A stretch of DNA of 64,000 bases from a virus. Position numbers and translations under genes: made by a program. Below are positions 1 to 10,213 of this stretch, one piece after another (positions within the stretch are counted from its first letter, which is position 1; each line of letters starts with the position of its first letter). The notes under the pieces were generated by a model. That model was not told where the DNA came from. It did not search any database and saw nothing but the letters and a program-made list of their open reading frames with translations. Location: the IMG/VR virus record IMGVR_UViG_3300000228_000004, positions 46,524 to 110,523 of that record. One strand, written 5' to 3'.

Positions 1-1705
1 ATGTATCTAATTCTAATAATTGAACCACATTTCCACCGAGATCGTTGTGTTCTTGATAAACTTTCTTCGCAGTTGAAAGTCTCTCGTATTTTTTTTCTAC
101 TGCTTTAAGTTGGTTCATTTCTTCATCAGATTTACCAGTCCTGTTTTTAATTCTTACCAGTGCTTCTTCGTAGGAAGTACTTAAAAAAAGTACCACTGGC
201 TTCCTTAGTGTCATATTCTTTAGTGTATCAAAATATGCAGCTATTGTATCTGATGGTATTGAACCCTCTAGATACACGCTAAAATCACTGAACTCTTTCC
301 TGTTTAATACTTCTATGGCATACATGATTTCTTTCTTCTTGAGCGTGTCACATCCCCCAAAATTAGATTCCACTCCATAGTTACCCAAAGAGATGAAGTT
401 ATATTTCGGAAAAACCGTGAAAATGGTTTTCTTAAAATAATTTGAATAAATTTTATACGAAAGAGAATCAGTTGCAAGCATTTGCTTGGGGATAGTTGAT
501 TTTCCGGCACCGTTCCCCCCCTTGACATACATGAAAGTTGGTTCACTTTTTTTAATTATTTCAAAAAAACTTTCATCAAATTTTTCGACTGGTGTATCAA
601 ACCAGTCATCATATAAATTAGGCGCGTAAACTTCTTTCTTAACGATGTCGAGTTCGATGTCCCCAACGAAGTTGAATGTTTCTTCGTACTCGTAAATTTC
701 TACTTCAGTGGGCATCTTTCTATTCAAATTTTCGGCGGAAGTTTTAAGGTCTGGTACTGACCCAACTACCCAAAACAGGGTTTTATCGTTTATCAGTTCT
801 GGGTGATTTTTTAATAGGTATTCGTAAACTTTCGCTTCATATCTATAATGAAATGTTATGTCATCTATTTGAATACCCTTAATGGTTTTAGAATACGGTT
901 GTTTCGTGTCGTGCCAAATGAATTCAAACATCGATGTGTCAGCACCCATTAAAGAAAGCCTTTCAAACATATAGTCACGCTTATCGACCCCCACATTTAT
1001 GAGGTGTATTCTTTTCAATGCCTTTGGCGTATCTTTATCATCACTTAACCCCAATAATATAGAAGTTGCTGAATTCGCTGAGCCGAATGGTATGATTAGA
1101 TCAGTGATAAAGGTTGGTATATTCTTTACCTGATGAGCGCCAACTTTATGGAAATCAGTTACCATCTTAGCTGAATTCACAGAAAGCCTATGATCCAGAG
1201 TGATATCTCTTTCAATGGTAAATGATTTCGGGAACTTTTCCATAACTTCCCCGACCCTCTTTTGTATATTCACATTAAACCCAGAGCCACTTGATATTTC
1301 ATACTTAGTACCAAACATAGTCGCGAATAAAGGAAGTTGGTGTTTATTTATAGCGTCGAAACTTGTCCCACCAGCCACTTGAATACACCGAAGCCCGTAA
1401 TGCTCTGCCATTGCGGCAGCCATAATGGTCTGTGGTGATGAGTTGACATTCGTTGCGTGTATTACTGTATCAGCACCCGTTGGTCTATTTTCAAATAAGT
1501 GAAGGAGTTGTCTACACTTAGACCCGTTCGCGGTGTTTATCCCGAAAAGAGAGAATTTATCTTCTCTCTTATAGTACATACCATCTGATTTCTGTTCCAC
1601 TGGGGTTAGTTCCCACATATAATCTTTCCACCGTTTACCTTCCGGAAGAGGAAAGGGTACAACGGAATCTCGTAAATCTTCATTCAGTGTAATTCTTTCT
1701 GTCAT
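1..1705 (-). CDS. PLP-dependent (fold type II) enzyme fused to P-loop 5-hmdU DNA kinase; 3'-truncated by window edge
   Basis: Absent from the ORF track because there is no stop in the window. Manual translation from ATG at 1705 stays open to base 2: MTERITLNED...YYKREDKF...NGSKCRQ (PLP lysine region)...IPFGSANS...LYDDWFD...MYVKGGNGAGKST (P-loop)...LGNYGVESNFGGCDT...VYLEG...LVRIKNR. Confidence 0.8.
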   Translation of the reverse strand, partial: MTERITLNEDLRDSVVPFPLPEGKRWKDYMWELTPVEQKSDGMYYKREDKFSLFGINTANGSKCRQLLHLFENRPTGADTVIHATNVNSSPQTIMAAAMAEHYGLRCIQVAGGTSFDAINKHQLPLFATMFGTKYEISSGSGFNVNIQKRVGEVMEKFPKSFTIERDITLDHRLSVNSAKMVTDFHKVGAHQVKNIPTFITDLIIPFGSANSATSILLGLSDDKDTPKALKRIHLINVGVDKRDYMFERLSLMGADTSMFEFIWHDTKQPYSKTIKGIQIDDITFHYRYEAKVYEYLLKNHPELINDKTLFWVVGSVPDLKTSAENLNRKMPTEVEIYEYEETFNFVGDIELDIVKKEVYAPNLYDDWFDTPVEKFDESFFEIIKKSEPTFMYVKGGNGAGKSTIPKQMLATDSLSYKIYSNYFKKTIFTVFPKYNFISLGNYGVESNFGGCDTLKKKEIMYAIEVLNRKEFSDFSVYLEGSIPSDTIAAYFDTLKNMTLRKPVVLFLSTSYEEALVRIKNRTGKSDEEMNQLKAVEKKYERLSTAKKVYQEHNDLGGNVVQLLELDT

Positions 1706-2937
1706 AACCACTCACTTATTTGTTTTTCTATGGTTGGGGTGATTTTATTATTGGTTTTCTTCCCATACCATTCTTTTTCTTTTTCTTCGTGATTAATGAA
1801 GAAATTATTTTTAAAAACTGGGTTATAATTTTCCATCATAATAACTTCCCCTGTTTTCTTATACCAATTCTGTTTGACCTTAACCAATCCTGGGTCATTC
1901 GGGTTATCTTCCATCCTAAGTTCAGAAGGAAGATATTTTCTTCTTGCTTCCCAAAAATCTTTGAAATCTATATCAGACCCATCAATTTCTTTCCAATCCC
2001 TTGTTTCTGCTTTTTTTATTCTATCATGGAACATATCATTATAAACATTAGGATATCTTCTATTTTCCCTGTGCCAACTCTTATAGCAACAAAGCGTGGA
2101 CTCAAGGGTGAAGTAGTTCACATCTTCAAAGAACGGTTCTTGTGAAAATCTTTCCTTGGCATCTGATAATAGTACCGCGCCCTCTTTTTCTAGCCAAATC
2201 ATAACTTCTTTGTTATGCCCGTTGACTATTTCTGTTGGTAAATCTTGGTTATCTTTTCTAACATCAAGATCATCCCTACCACTCACTACACAAAGACCGT
2301 TCCGGTGTGATTTTGAACCAGATTTATCATAAATGAAGAGACTACCGCAATCTATGTTTAATCCCATAATTTTAAGATACTCAAGGTATGAAAATGTTGA
2401 AAGCCTTCCATACATAAAAAAATCGTTAAAAACGGTATCCCAAACTTTTTCAAAATTTCCATAAACATCACCAGTATCACAAAGGTCTGAAAAATACCCT
2501 TCTTGCGTTTTACCACCCAATAATTCTAGGTAATTTTGGTACATTTCAATGAAGTGACCCTTTTGGTATCTTCTGTCGATATCATAGTCGAGGTTTTTCC
2601 AATATTCTCTATGCCATTTTTCCATGTCTTCTATAGAAGAAGACCTTAAAGAAGGGAAATGTTTAAATAACACCCAGGAAGTGAGTGGGTTTTGTGTTGC
2701 TCCGTTTATAAACGCGAACCACAATCTTGTCTCAAAATCCCAATCATGTTTCTTAGCCAAGAAAGGCATCACATAATATACTGCCCCTGGATGAGATTTA
2801 TACTTTAAATGGAACCCATAAAAATTAAGGAAAACTTCTCTTCTATATTCAGGCAACCGAAAATCAACGCCCTCTGCTAATTCCCTTTCTTCGACCCCAT
2901 TTATGTGACAAAATCTACCCAATACCATTGATATCAC
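1702..2937 (-). CDS. amino acid:DNA transferase (AADT / aGPT-Pplase2 family), thymidine hypermodification
   Basis: DFRLPEYRREVFLNFYGFHLKYKSHPG, DIDRRYQKG, GRLSTFSYLEY, GSKSHRNGL, LESTLCCYK and RRYPNVY motifs resemble M6/PaMx11-type AADTs. The likely true start is slightly downstream of the track start. Confidence 0.8.
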   Translation of the reverse strand: MISMVLGRFCHINGVEERELAEGVDFRLPEYRREVFLNFYGFHLKYKSHPGAVYYVMPFLAKKHDWDFETRLWFAFINGATQNPLTSWVLFKHFPSLRSSSIEDMEKWHREYWKNLDYDIDRRYQKGHFIEMYQNYLELLGGKTQEGYFSDLCDTGDVYGNFEKVWDTVFNDFFMYGRLSTFSYLEYLKIMGLNIDCGSLFIYDKSGSKSHRNGLCVVSGRDDLDVRKDNQDLPTEIVNGHNKEVMIWLEKEGAVLLSDAKERFSQEPFFEDVNYFTLESTLCCYKSWHRENRRYPNVYNDMFHDRIKKAETRDWKEIDGSDIDFKDFWEARRKYLPSELRMEDNPNDPGLVKVKQNWYKKTGEVIMMENYNPVFKNNFFINHEEKEKEWYGKKTNNKITPTIEKQISEWL

Positions 2938-3460
2938 CTTTTATGAATTCATAAATTTCCACCCATTCAACATAAGGGAATTCGTCACTGGGCGAGTTAA
3001 GGAAACTTTTAATTTGAAAAACTTTAGAATGAGGGGAAACATCCCTACAATATTTCTTATAGTCATCAACGAAATAATCACATCTCACGAATTTCTTATC
3101 AGAAGTGGACACAAACCCCTTAGAGTATGGGAAATTTCTTCTTATGAAATGTCGTTTCGATTCTTCATGCTCTGGGATACAACTTGATACGAATATTATA
3201 CCAATACCGAGTTCGTGGATTTTTTGTAAGTATATTTTAGCATGTTCAAATGCTTCTAATTTATCATATAACTTAGGGTCTCTCCAAAATTTCATTGGGT
3301 CATTATGATTTTTCATCAAGGTTTCTAGGTCATTATTCTCAGATGAAAGTGACCCTAAATCATCCCCAGTCAAATCTTTGTACCAATTTACCCAAGGGGT
3401 AACTGAGTCAACCACTGTTAAATCAACATCGACCGCGATTATTTTATTCATTTCAGACAT
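2915..3460 (-). CDS. HAD-family 5'(3')-deoxyribonucleotidase
   Basis: DVDLTVVD motif I and FVDD motif IV. Confidence 0.8.
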   Translation of the reverse strand: MSEMNKIIAVDVDLTVVDSVTPWVNWYKDLTGDDLGSLSSENNDLETLMKNHNDPMKFWRDPKLYDKLEAFEHAKIYLQKIHELGIGIIFVSSCIPEHEESKRHFIRRNFPYSKGFVSTSDKKFVRCDYFVDDYKKYCRDVSPHSKVFQIKSFLNSPSDEFPYVEWVEIYEFIKGDINGIG

Positions 3461-3583
3461 TTTTCACCTTTTTGTTCATTTTACTAAAGTAACCTTTCAG
3501 AAACCTTAAATCTTTTTAATAAACCACGCTTAGTATGTTTCATAGATTTAAGGTCAGTATAAGTTTCAGTTCCGACTTTAATT

Positions 3584-4225
3584 TTATTTGAATAATTTGG
3601 TGTTATCTTCGTTACCATTTTCATCAAATTTTGCATATGCATCAGCTGATTCAGTATAACCGCCGTCAACTCTTTCGTGGTTCAGTTTATTCTTCCCCAT
3701 ATATAATTGATACATATATTCAGGTGTCATATTCGCGTACCACCCAAGTGAATTTATCAGGTACACGAACGCGGTCAATGATTCTTCCCTTTGGTCTAAA
3801 AGAGAAGATAATGAAAATGAATTGATATCTAACATCAATCCACTAGATAAATTTTCCCCATTTTCATCAAATTCCGCTTTAGAGAACTCCTCGTGGCAAG
3901 AAATATAATCACCTAACAATTGTTCTATATTAGACCCGTAATTCATAATCAATACACTGATCGCAAAGTGGATAATATCAACTGCTTCTACTTGCATGTT
4001 ATTAAAGTCATTCTCTAGGAAAATTTTCCACCACTTCCAACCAGTTCCTGTATCACCAGTCCTAGGGGAACTTTCCAATAGTTCCCCTAACTCAGCCATC
4101 ATTGCTGAAATAAAGTGTGATTTTGGGATAATCTCAGCCCAATCTTCCCCTGAATACTTCTCATTTAATAATACCTGTGCGCTCAAAATTTCACTAAATT
4201 CATTTACTTTCATTATGTTAAACAT
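3584..4225 (-). CDS. dut: dimeric (all-alpha) dUTPase/dNTP pyrophosphatase
   Basis: AELGELLES, WKWWK, EAVDIIHF and KNKLNHER..GGY motifs of Campylobacter-type dUTPase_2. Confidence 0.85.
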   Translation of the reverse strand: MFNIMKVNEFSEILSAQVLLNEKYSGEDWAEIIPKSHFISAMMAELGELLESSPRTGDTGTGWKWWKIFLENDFNNMQVEAVDIIHFAISVLIMNYGSNIEQLLGDYISCHEEFSKAEFDENGENLSSGLMLDINSFSLSSLLDQREESLTAFVYLINSLGWYANMTPEYMYQLYMGKNKLNHERVDGGYTESADAYAKFDENGNEDNTKLFK

Positions 4226-4236
4226 TATTTTTCCTT

Positions 4237-4666
4237 TTATTTATGATTTGAAGTACTCAGTACTTCACCGTCCTTATCAACCCATTTTCTCAGTTTGAAA
4301 TCCAGTATATACATAGTTTTATCTGAATTTTCTTTGGCATCAATCGTGTGTTTTGTGCCCTTAGATTCCCCATCCCAGATAACCAAGAACATACCCGAAT
4401 TATCCCAGATGGTTTTGTTTCTTATAAAACCAGCACTTTCCATATTTTTCCCAATCAGCTGGGTAAATTTCAGTGGGAATATCATTTACTTCAGTATAAT
4501 ATTCAGCCATAGAATCTATCCCTCTTGCGCCACCTGATACTATAGTGTCAAATTGTGTTTTTAAACGCATAGAGTCTAAAATTTTTACCAAAAGGTCAAA
4601 ATCTTCAAACCCACGGGAACCAATGACCGCTAATCTTATCACGGGGGGGAGAACCACTTTTTTCAA
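4237..4666 (-). pseudogene. SLOG/YspA-like (DUF2493) protein, frameshifted
   Basis: N-half (LAVIGSRGF...IVSGGARGID...YPADWEKYGK) and C-half (SAGFIRNKTI...WDGESKGTKHTI) are in different frames, about 2 nt missing near 4438. Confidence 0.7.
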
Positions 4667-4683
4667 TCACTGTCTCATCCTTA

Positions 4684-5865
4684 TCAATGCGTTTTCAACC
4701 ACTCATCGGTTTGTTTTATTTCAGTATCTGAATCATTTGGATTTCGTTTATACCTATTTCTTGGTCTTCCAGTTTTCTGTTTCACAGAGACTATTTTTTG
4801 TAATTCACAGAAACTGTTTTCACACATCATAACATTTAATTTTCGATCTTCCTCTGGTAAATGGTCAAAAAGTTCACTATAATCAATGTGAAGTCCGCGT
4901 TTTTCCCATTCAGTCTCTATATTATCCCTGACCCAGAATAATGCTTCTTCGTGGGTCATACCGTCCCTGTCTTCCATTAAAAGGTCTATCCCTCTATCAC
5001 ATCCTGGCCCAGACACTACGAATTCATTTTCACTGAACTTGAATTCTGGTATATATGTTAAGTCAACAAATACTTGGTACGCCAAAAACCCAGCCAATCC
5101 TGGGATTTCTCTCAAAATATTGAATACTTCCTCTTGAGTATTCGCCCCTTGAACTCGAGTGGATATATCCGTGTTTTTAACCCATTGTATCATGTGTATC
5201 ATCCTAGTTGGCATATTTTTTTCTACACCAACTATTTCATACCCTTCATTTTCTTTAATATACCCCTTTGCTTCTTTCCAGGTCATTTCTTCTGTGTCAA
5301 TATGACCTTCTTTTCTTACCTCAACCACCATACCCGAATTCGTGCATTCGTACTCTAATGTTTTAGGGAAAGCCCAACTTGCTTTGAGCCCACCAGTGTT
5401 AAATGCTGGTGTGAAAAATGCATATTTCGGATTTTCTTTAGCATATTCGATAAATATTTCACGGAACGCGTCTATGTCTAAATTGTCAAAATCTTCTATG
5501 TAACCACCAAATAATTCTGATGTACTAGACTTGTTATATGTTCTGAAGAAGATAGAATTGAGGATCTTTACTTCTAGTGTTAGATTCGGGTTTGTGCTAA
5601 TATTCTTAATCAACCATTTAGACTCTCTATCGAGTTCACGCCTTACATTAGTGAATCTATAATTCTTGAACACTTCATCGTCTGTCCATTCTTGTTGTGG
5701 TAATTTTTCAATTTCTTTTCTTTTGTGTATATTGTGTCTTTCAGACATGAACAAATTATGATATCTTAGCACCTCTTCATTTAAAATCGGTTTCGCGTTT
5801 TTTATCTTTTCGATATCAACACCACAATATCTAATATCGGCTTCCTTTGTTTTCATTAAAACCAT
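4684..5865 (-). CDS. aGPT-Pplase1 / 5-hmdU DNA kinase helical-domain (HhH) protein
   Basis: ERHNIHKRK...WTDDEVFKNYRFTNVRRELDR, FLAYQVFVDLTY, GPGCDRG, ENSFCE. Confidence 0.8.
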   Translation of the reverse strand: MVLMKTKEADIRYCGVDIEKIKNAKPILNEEVLRYHNLFMSERHNIHKRKEIEKLPQQEWTDDEVFKNYRFTNVRRELDRESKWLIKNISTNPNLTLEVKILNSIFFRTYNKSSTSELFGGYIEDFDNLDIDAFREIFIEYAKENPKYAFFTPAFNTGGLKASWAFPKTLEYECTNSGMVVEVRKEGHIDTEEMTWKEAKGYIKENEGYEIVGVEKNMPTRMIHMIQWVKNTDISTRVQGANTQEEVFNILREIPGLAGFLAYQVFVDLTYIPEFKFSENEFVVSGPGCDRGIDLLMEDRDGMTHEEALFWVRDNIETEWEKRGLHIDYSELFDHLPEEDRKLNVMMCENSFCELQKIVSVKQKTGRPRNRYKRNPNDSDTEIKQTDEWLKTH

Positions 5866-7025
5866 TCCTCAAGTTTAAAATTTTGCTTCATATCATAACC
5901 AACTGCTTCTAACATAAGGTTAAGTGGTGATATGAAATAATCTTCCCACATTTTACCCCTATCAACATATTTTTCAAGCCCAGAGTCTGTTATAAAGTCA
6001 GAATCTAGAAACCCGATTATATCATCACCTAAAATGTTGGGTTTCTTTAAAATACAATATTTTATTTTATCACTGTCTGTTATTTTAGGGTATTTGGATA
6101 ACCCAGTTCTTTCTAAAAAAATATTGTAATTCATTGCCGCCCTTACATTCATTGGCGCAGTTAAAATTTTTCCATTTTTCTTAGTGGTGAATTTACCTAT
6201 ACCCCCCTTATAATCCAAAGACCCGATACCAGAAACCCTGCATATGTCACCCAATGGTGCTTTGTAGAATTTCTCTTCTATCTCAGATATAGAAGCAATC
6301 GTTTCTTTTGCATCGTTATCTAGAATTACATTCACCATATCTTTGAGATATTTCCTACAAAAGGGCGGAGTAGAAGATCGTACTATCTCCAACCCAGTGA
6401 CCGCCAATTTAGGGTCATCGACAAGTATAGACCCTTCGTCCCAAACGGCACGCAAAGCATATTTTTTCTTTGCAACAAACATCCCTTTATCGGCAATTTT
6501 TTCAAGTTTTGCCCCGATGGGCTTGGCACTAAATGCGTTGAAATTGTCTGAGAAAGAATCTATGTATTCTTGGACCCATACATCGAGGTATTTATGATCA
6601 AAATTAACAAGTTTATCAAGTATTTCGTGATTATTAGCGGTGTCGAATTTTTTTACTAATTCATTAAGAGTAAAATACACAGAGTCGGTGTCACCATAAA
6701 CTACAAAGTCAATATTGGTATTAAGAACACTTCGTAACTTCCCATTTACATAATTCGCCAATCCTTGTATAAATATCCTACCGTTCCCAGTGATACTTGC
6801 AGCAACATCTCGATTGAATAGTAAAAAGTGTATATTTGCTAGAGCACCATATAATGAGTTCATCGAAATCTTTAGAGCCATCTGATATACATCGAAATAA
6901 GCAATTCTAGTGTCTATATATTTCATATCTGCCGTTAAACCACTAACATCCAAATCGTTGATTTTATCAATCGTCATTGAACCGTCTTCTATACCATCGT
7001 AAATTTCTTCTATTGTCATGTTCAC
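5856..7025 (-). CDS. 43: family B DNA polymerase, C-terminal fragment (fingers-B, palm, thumb; gp43B-like)
   Basis: KISMNSLYG, SITGNG, YGDTDS, KKKYAL, GLEIVRSSTP. Confidence 0.95.
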   Translation of the reverse strand: MNMTIEEIYDGIEDGSMTIDKINDLDVSGLTADMKYIDTRIAYFDVYQMALKISMNSLYGALANIHFLLFNRDVAASITGNGRIFIQGLANYVNGKLRSVLNTNIDFVVYGDTDSVYFTLNELVKKFDTANNHEILDKLVNFDHKYLDVWVQEYIDSFSDNFNAFSAKPIGAKLEKIADKGMFVAKKKYALRAVWDEGSILVDDPKLAVTGLEIVRSSTPPFCRKYLKDMVNVILDNDAKETIASISEIEEKFYKAPLGDICRVSGIGSLDYKGGIGKFTTKKNGKILTAPMNVRAAMNYNIFLERTGLSKYPKITDSDKIKYCILKKPNILGDDIIGFLDSDFITDSGLEKYVDRGKMWEDYFISPLNLMLEAVGYDMKQNFKLEEWF

Positions 7026-7436
7026 CTCTTAATTAAGTTAAATTATAGTAAAAATGACTTAATTAAAACTTAATTAACAATCATTAAAGAACCGTCACTC
7101 GACGGTATTATTCTTTTCTACTTTACCGCAGTAATTTTCCTCAGCTGTCACATTTTATGCTTAACAAAAATACCATCAATCTTGCTCTTCCCAATTACCC
7201 CAATCGTTATTCTGATATGCATTAAACCCTTCTGACCATAATATGGCTAGAACTCGTTTCGAAATGTCCTTGTAAACATTAAATGAGTCAGCTTCAAAAA
7301 GGGTCACAAAGGGCGAGTGTCAATTTTTCTCGAACCCCGACCACTTTCAAGGCATAGATCAGCAACTCTTTCAGCTTCTTCCTGAAGCATTTTTTCAAAT
7401 TGAGTAAATGTATTCACGCCACATCCTCACAATTCA

Positions 7437-7745
7437 TTAAGCTACTTTCTTTTCAGCCATATAAGTTTCTATTTCTTCTTGAGTAAGAACTCCTTCTGAG
7501 TATATAATACCAGAATAACCGTCACTAGCAGCATTATTTTTAGCGTTGTAAATGTTTGTTATAAGTGAACCGATACTTTTAGGGCTTCTGTTGATTTTCT
7601 TGTTACCCTTTTCATGTTCCCAAGACTGCCCTACCTCTAACACATAACTGAAATATTTGATCAACTCTTCTAGAGTACCGATTTCTGAGGGATAATCTCT
7701 TCCTGATTTTCTCTGGTTGATTTTGAATATTTTTACTTTTGCCAT
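7437..7745 (-). CDS. hypothetical early protein
   Basis: ORF directly downstream of an early promoter/RBS cassette. Confidence 0.6.
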   Translation of the reverse strand: MAKVKIFKINQRKSGRDYPSEIGTLEELIKYFSYVLEVGQSWEHEKGNKKINRSPKSIGSLITNIYNAKNNAASDGYSGIIYSEGVLTQEEIETYMAEKKVA

Positions 7746-7777
7746 TTTAGACCCTTTATGTTTAATTATTATATAAT

Positions 7778-7810
7778 ATTATACCGTAAGTTAGCTTAAA
7801 CCTTGCTTAA
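7778..7810 (-). promoter_or_regulatory. early promoter (TTAA-N6-TTTAAGCTAACTTACGGTATAAT)
   Basis: Member of a repeated motif ending in TATAAT; the leader and RBS are nearly identical to the copy at 10548-10616. Confidence 0.8.
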
Positions 7811-8054
7811 TTTTAAAAAATTCCACTTATTTATGCATCGACTTCTTTCAATTTACCCTGAAGTACCTCATATATAAGCATGCGTCTTCTAGGAAGTTTA
7901 ATTCTTTTTGAGATATGCCGAAATCTCAAGAAGTTTCGTTAATCTCTTTTATGGTCATTTCACCATTTTCTATTTTCAGACAAAGTTCATTGAAATCCAT
8001 TTAATAAACCTTACATTATTTTCATCTATTATACCAAAAAATATTAAAGTTTGC

Positions 8055-8294
8055 TTAATACTGGTCTTCACCTGGATACTGATTTCCAAAACCTTGGATG
8101 GTACTGACTCCTTCTGAATTTAGGATTATCCTAATTCTTCTGTAAATTTCGTTTGTCACATCTATCGAATTTACGTCGAATATTGAAATGATCTGAAGAA
8201 CATTTACCTTAGTTTGGCCACAGCCGTCTAAATATACATCGACTACCCTTTCAGCTTCGGCTTGTATCATTTGTTCAAGTTCAGAAATACGCAT
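8055..8294 (-). CDS. hypothetical protein
   Basis: ORF with GAGGGG RBS; a degenerate paralogue (MLQEEAERVAD) lies at about 7300-7420. Confidence 0.5.
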   Translation of the reverse strand: MRISELEQMIQAEAERVVDVYLDGCGQTKVNVLQIISIFDVNSIDVTNEIYRRIRIILNSEGVSTIQGFGNQYPGEDQY

Positions 8295-8380
8295 TTGCCC
8301 CTCGATAAAAATTTATAATATTTACACCGAATATAGTTTATTGAGATTAATAACCATTCGTGATCTCATTTCTTTGTTTT

Positions 8381-8836
8381 TTAAAGTTCTTCCTCTATCG
8401 CGGTTTCTTCTATCTTACATATAAACAGTGCACCCTCTTCTTTACCTTCCTCTCCTGTATAAAAACCACTTGTGATAAAATAATTACAAGTTTCACTGTC
8501 GTATATAACCCACTTCCACTTAGTCACCGTTTTCGGTTTTATGCGATAAGAATACTCAGCATATAGATGCTGAGTGAACATATCCAAATCAGTGAGTGTA
8601 GTTATTTCCCACTCTCCGTGCAGTGTATTGAGCCATTCAATTTGCGTTTTGTCATCTACGAATTGCTTTCGTAGTGATGCATATTCATCGTCTAGTATGT
8701 AGATTAAATCCTTATCCCAGCTTGGTAATGTTGTTACATCCCAAAGTTCATCAGTTGGCATCTTACACCATACTATTGTTCCAACTGGACTATTTGCGAA
8801 TTTAATCATCTCTTCTTTATGTACTCTGCCCATCAT
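8381..8836 (-). CDS. YRIKP-family paralogue 3
   Basis: Shares H..E...WA..P.GT.VW, YI[LV]DD, RKQF and YRIKPKTVTKWKWVI motifs with its neighbours. Confidence 0.7.
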   Translation of the reverse strand: MMGRVHKEEMIKFANSPVGTIVWCKMPTDELWDVTTLPSWDKDLIYILDDEYASLRKQFVDDKTQIEWLNTLHGEWEITTLTDLDMFTQHLYAEYSYRIKPKTVTKWKWVIYDSETCNYFITSGFYTGEEGKEEGALFICKIEETAIEEEL

Positions 8837-8995
8837 TCAACTTCCTTTCTTGTTTCTTCTATCTTACATATAAAAAATGCGTTACCATTACCTTCCTCTC
8901 CTGTATAAAAACCACTTGTGATAAAATAATTACGAGTTTCACTGTCGTATATAACCCACTTCCACTTAGTCACCGTTTTTGGTTTTATGCGGTAA
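8445..8995. repeat. ~100-bp near-identical direct repeat in the 3' ends of two paralogues (8445-8549 and 8891-8995)
   Basis: ccttcctctcctgtataaaaaccacttgtgataaaataattac[a/g]agtttcactgtcgtatataacccacttccacttagtcaccg... with three substitutions seen. Confidence 0.85.
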
Positions 8996-9282
8996 CAGTC
9001 TGATGTATGATTCCACAAGAACCCATCAAATTTTAACAGATTTTCAAAATTGTTTGGAACCCATTTACTTGAACACTCATCATATATCTCAATCTGTGAT
9101 GCATTATCTATGAATTGCTTTCGTATTTCTGAGTGCTCGTCATCTACGATGTAGTGGAAATTATTATACCATCCTGGTTCTACTACCTTAACCCACTCTG
9201 TGTGCCTTTTTTCCCTATACCAAACATTTGTACCATCAGGTCTATCCGCCCATCTATTAATTTCTCTTCTATGGTGTTTCAT
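8833..9282 (-). CDS. YRIKP-family paralogue 2
   Basis: Same motifs as 8381-8836. Confidence 0.7.
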   Translation of the reverse strand: MKHHRREINRWADRPDGTNVWYREKRHTEWVKVVEPGWYNNFHYIVDDEHSEIRKQFIDNASQIEIYDECSSKWVPNNFENLLKFDGFLWNHTSDCYRIKPKTVTKWKWVIYDSETRNYFITSGFYTGEEGNGNAFFICKIEETRKEVE

Positions 9283-9743
9283 ACTTCAAACTCTCTTTCA
9301 GTTTCTTCGATTTTACAAACAAATATATGGAATTTACTTTTTGAACCATCTACATAGTAACCATTTGATATTCTATGTTCATTCGTTAAGATATCTTTTA
9401 TAACCCACTTCCACATAGTTACCGTTTTCGGTTTTACCCGATACCTATGCCCCATATCAAGAAATTTCGTTAGGCTATCTAGCTCCCGTCTATCAGTTGC
9501 TACCCACTTATCATCGATATAGTGGTGCCACTCGACCCTTGTCGGGTCATCAAGGAATTGCTTTCGTATTTTAGCGTGTTTGTCATCTACTATGTATAAG
9601 AGATCTGTATTCCAACTCGGGTGGGCTGTTAGTATCCACTCCAGTTCATTTTGTCTTTTAAACCATACACCAGTTGCTTCTGGTGCGTCAGCCCAGCGTA
9701 TTATTTCACTTCTATGCTTTTTCATCTTTTGAATATCCCCCAT
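9279..9743 (-). CDS. YRIKP-family paralogue 1
   Basis: Same motifs as 8381-8836. Confidence 0.7.
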   Translation of the reverse strand: MGDIQKMKKHRSEIIRWADAPEATGVWFKRQNELEWILTAHPSWNTDLLYIVDDKHAKIRKQFLDDPTRVEWHHYIDDKWVATDRRELDSLTKFLDMGHRYRVKPKTVTMWKWVIKDILTNEHRISNGYYVDGSKSKFHIFVCKIEETEREFEV

Positions 9744-9949
9744 GATTTTAATAGCGTATATTCCAGTTCGGTGATATCACTTATTTCTCCCCGAGACAGT
9801 GAGATTCACTAATCTTATATCCTGCTTCCTGGAGCTTTTTAATCGCTTTTTCTATTTTCATTTTTTATCCTCTGAATCTTTCAGGGCATACTCTGTTCCC
9901 GTTCCGTACCTGTTTGTCTTTTGCTCGATACCTTTGTACATCAGGTATA

Positions 9950-10213
9950 TCAGTCCAATTTTAATTCAAATTTGGTACAACCATTGCAGTATTCAAGTAT
10001 CATTGAACAATCACCGTCTATAATGCTGCAATATTCGATAGACATGAACCCTTCACAGTTTTTGCAGTTTATGCTTTTATCAAACCCATCATAGTTTTCT
10101 ATTGTGAAATCTACCACATCATGTAACATCAAACTCATAACCCTTGGTTGGTCAACCAATATAAATTTATTTTTTATTTCATCTACTGTCATCTTATATC
10201 TCCAAAAGTTCAC
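9950..10213 (-). CDS. hypothetical Cys-rich protein
   Basis: CKNC...C...C...CNGC pattern. Confidence 0.5.
   Translation of the reverse strand: MNFWRYKMTVDEIKNKFILVDQPRVMSLMLHDVVDFTIENYDGFDKSINCKNCEGFMSIEYCSIIDGDCSMILEYCNGCTKFELKLD

Noticed and set aside
8445-8995. Repeat pair as a DGR template/variable region
   Set aside because: Only three differences, not adenine-specific on the coding strand, both copies are coding, and there is no reverse transcriptase in the window.
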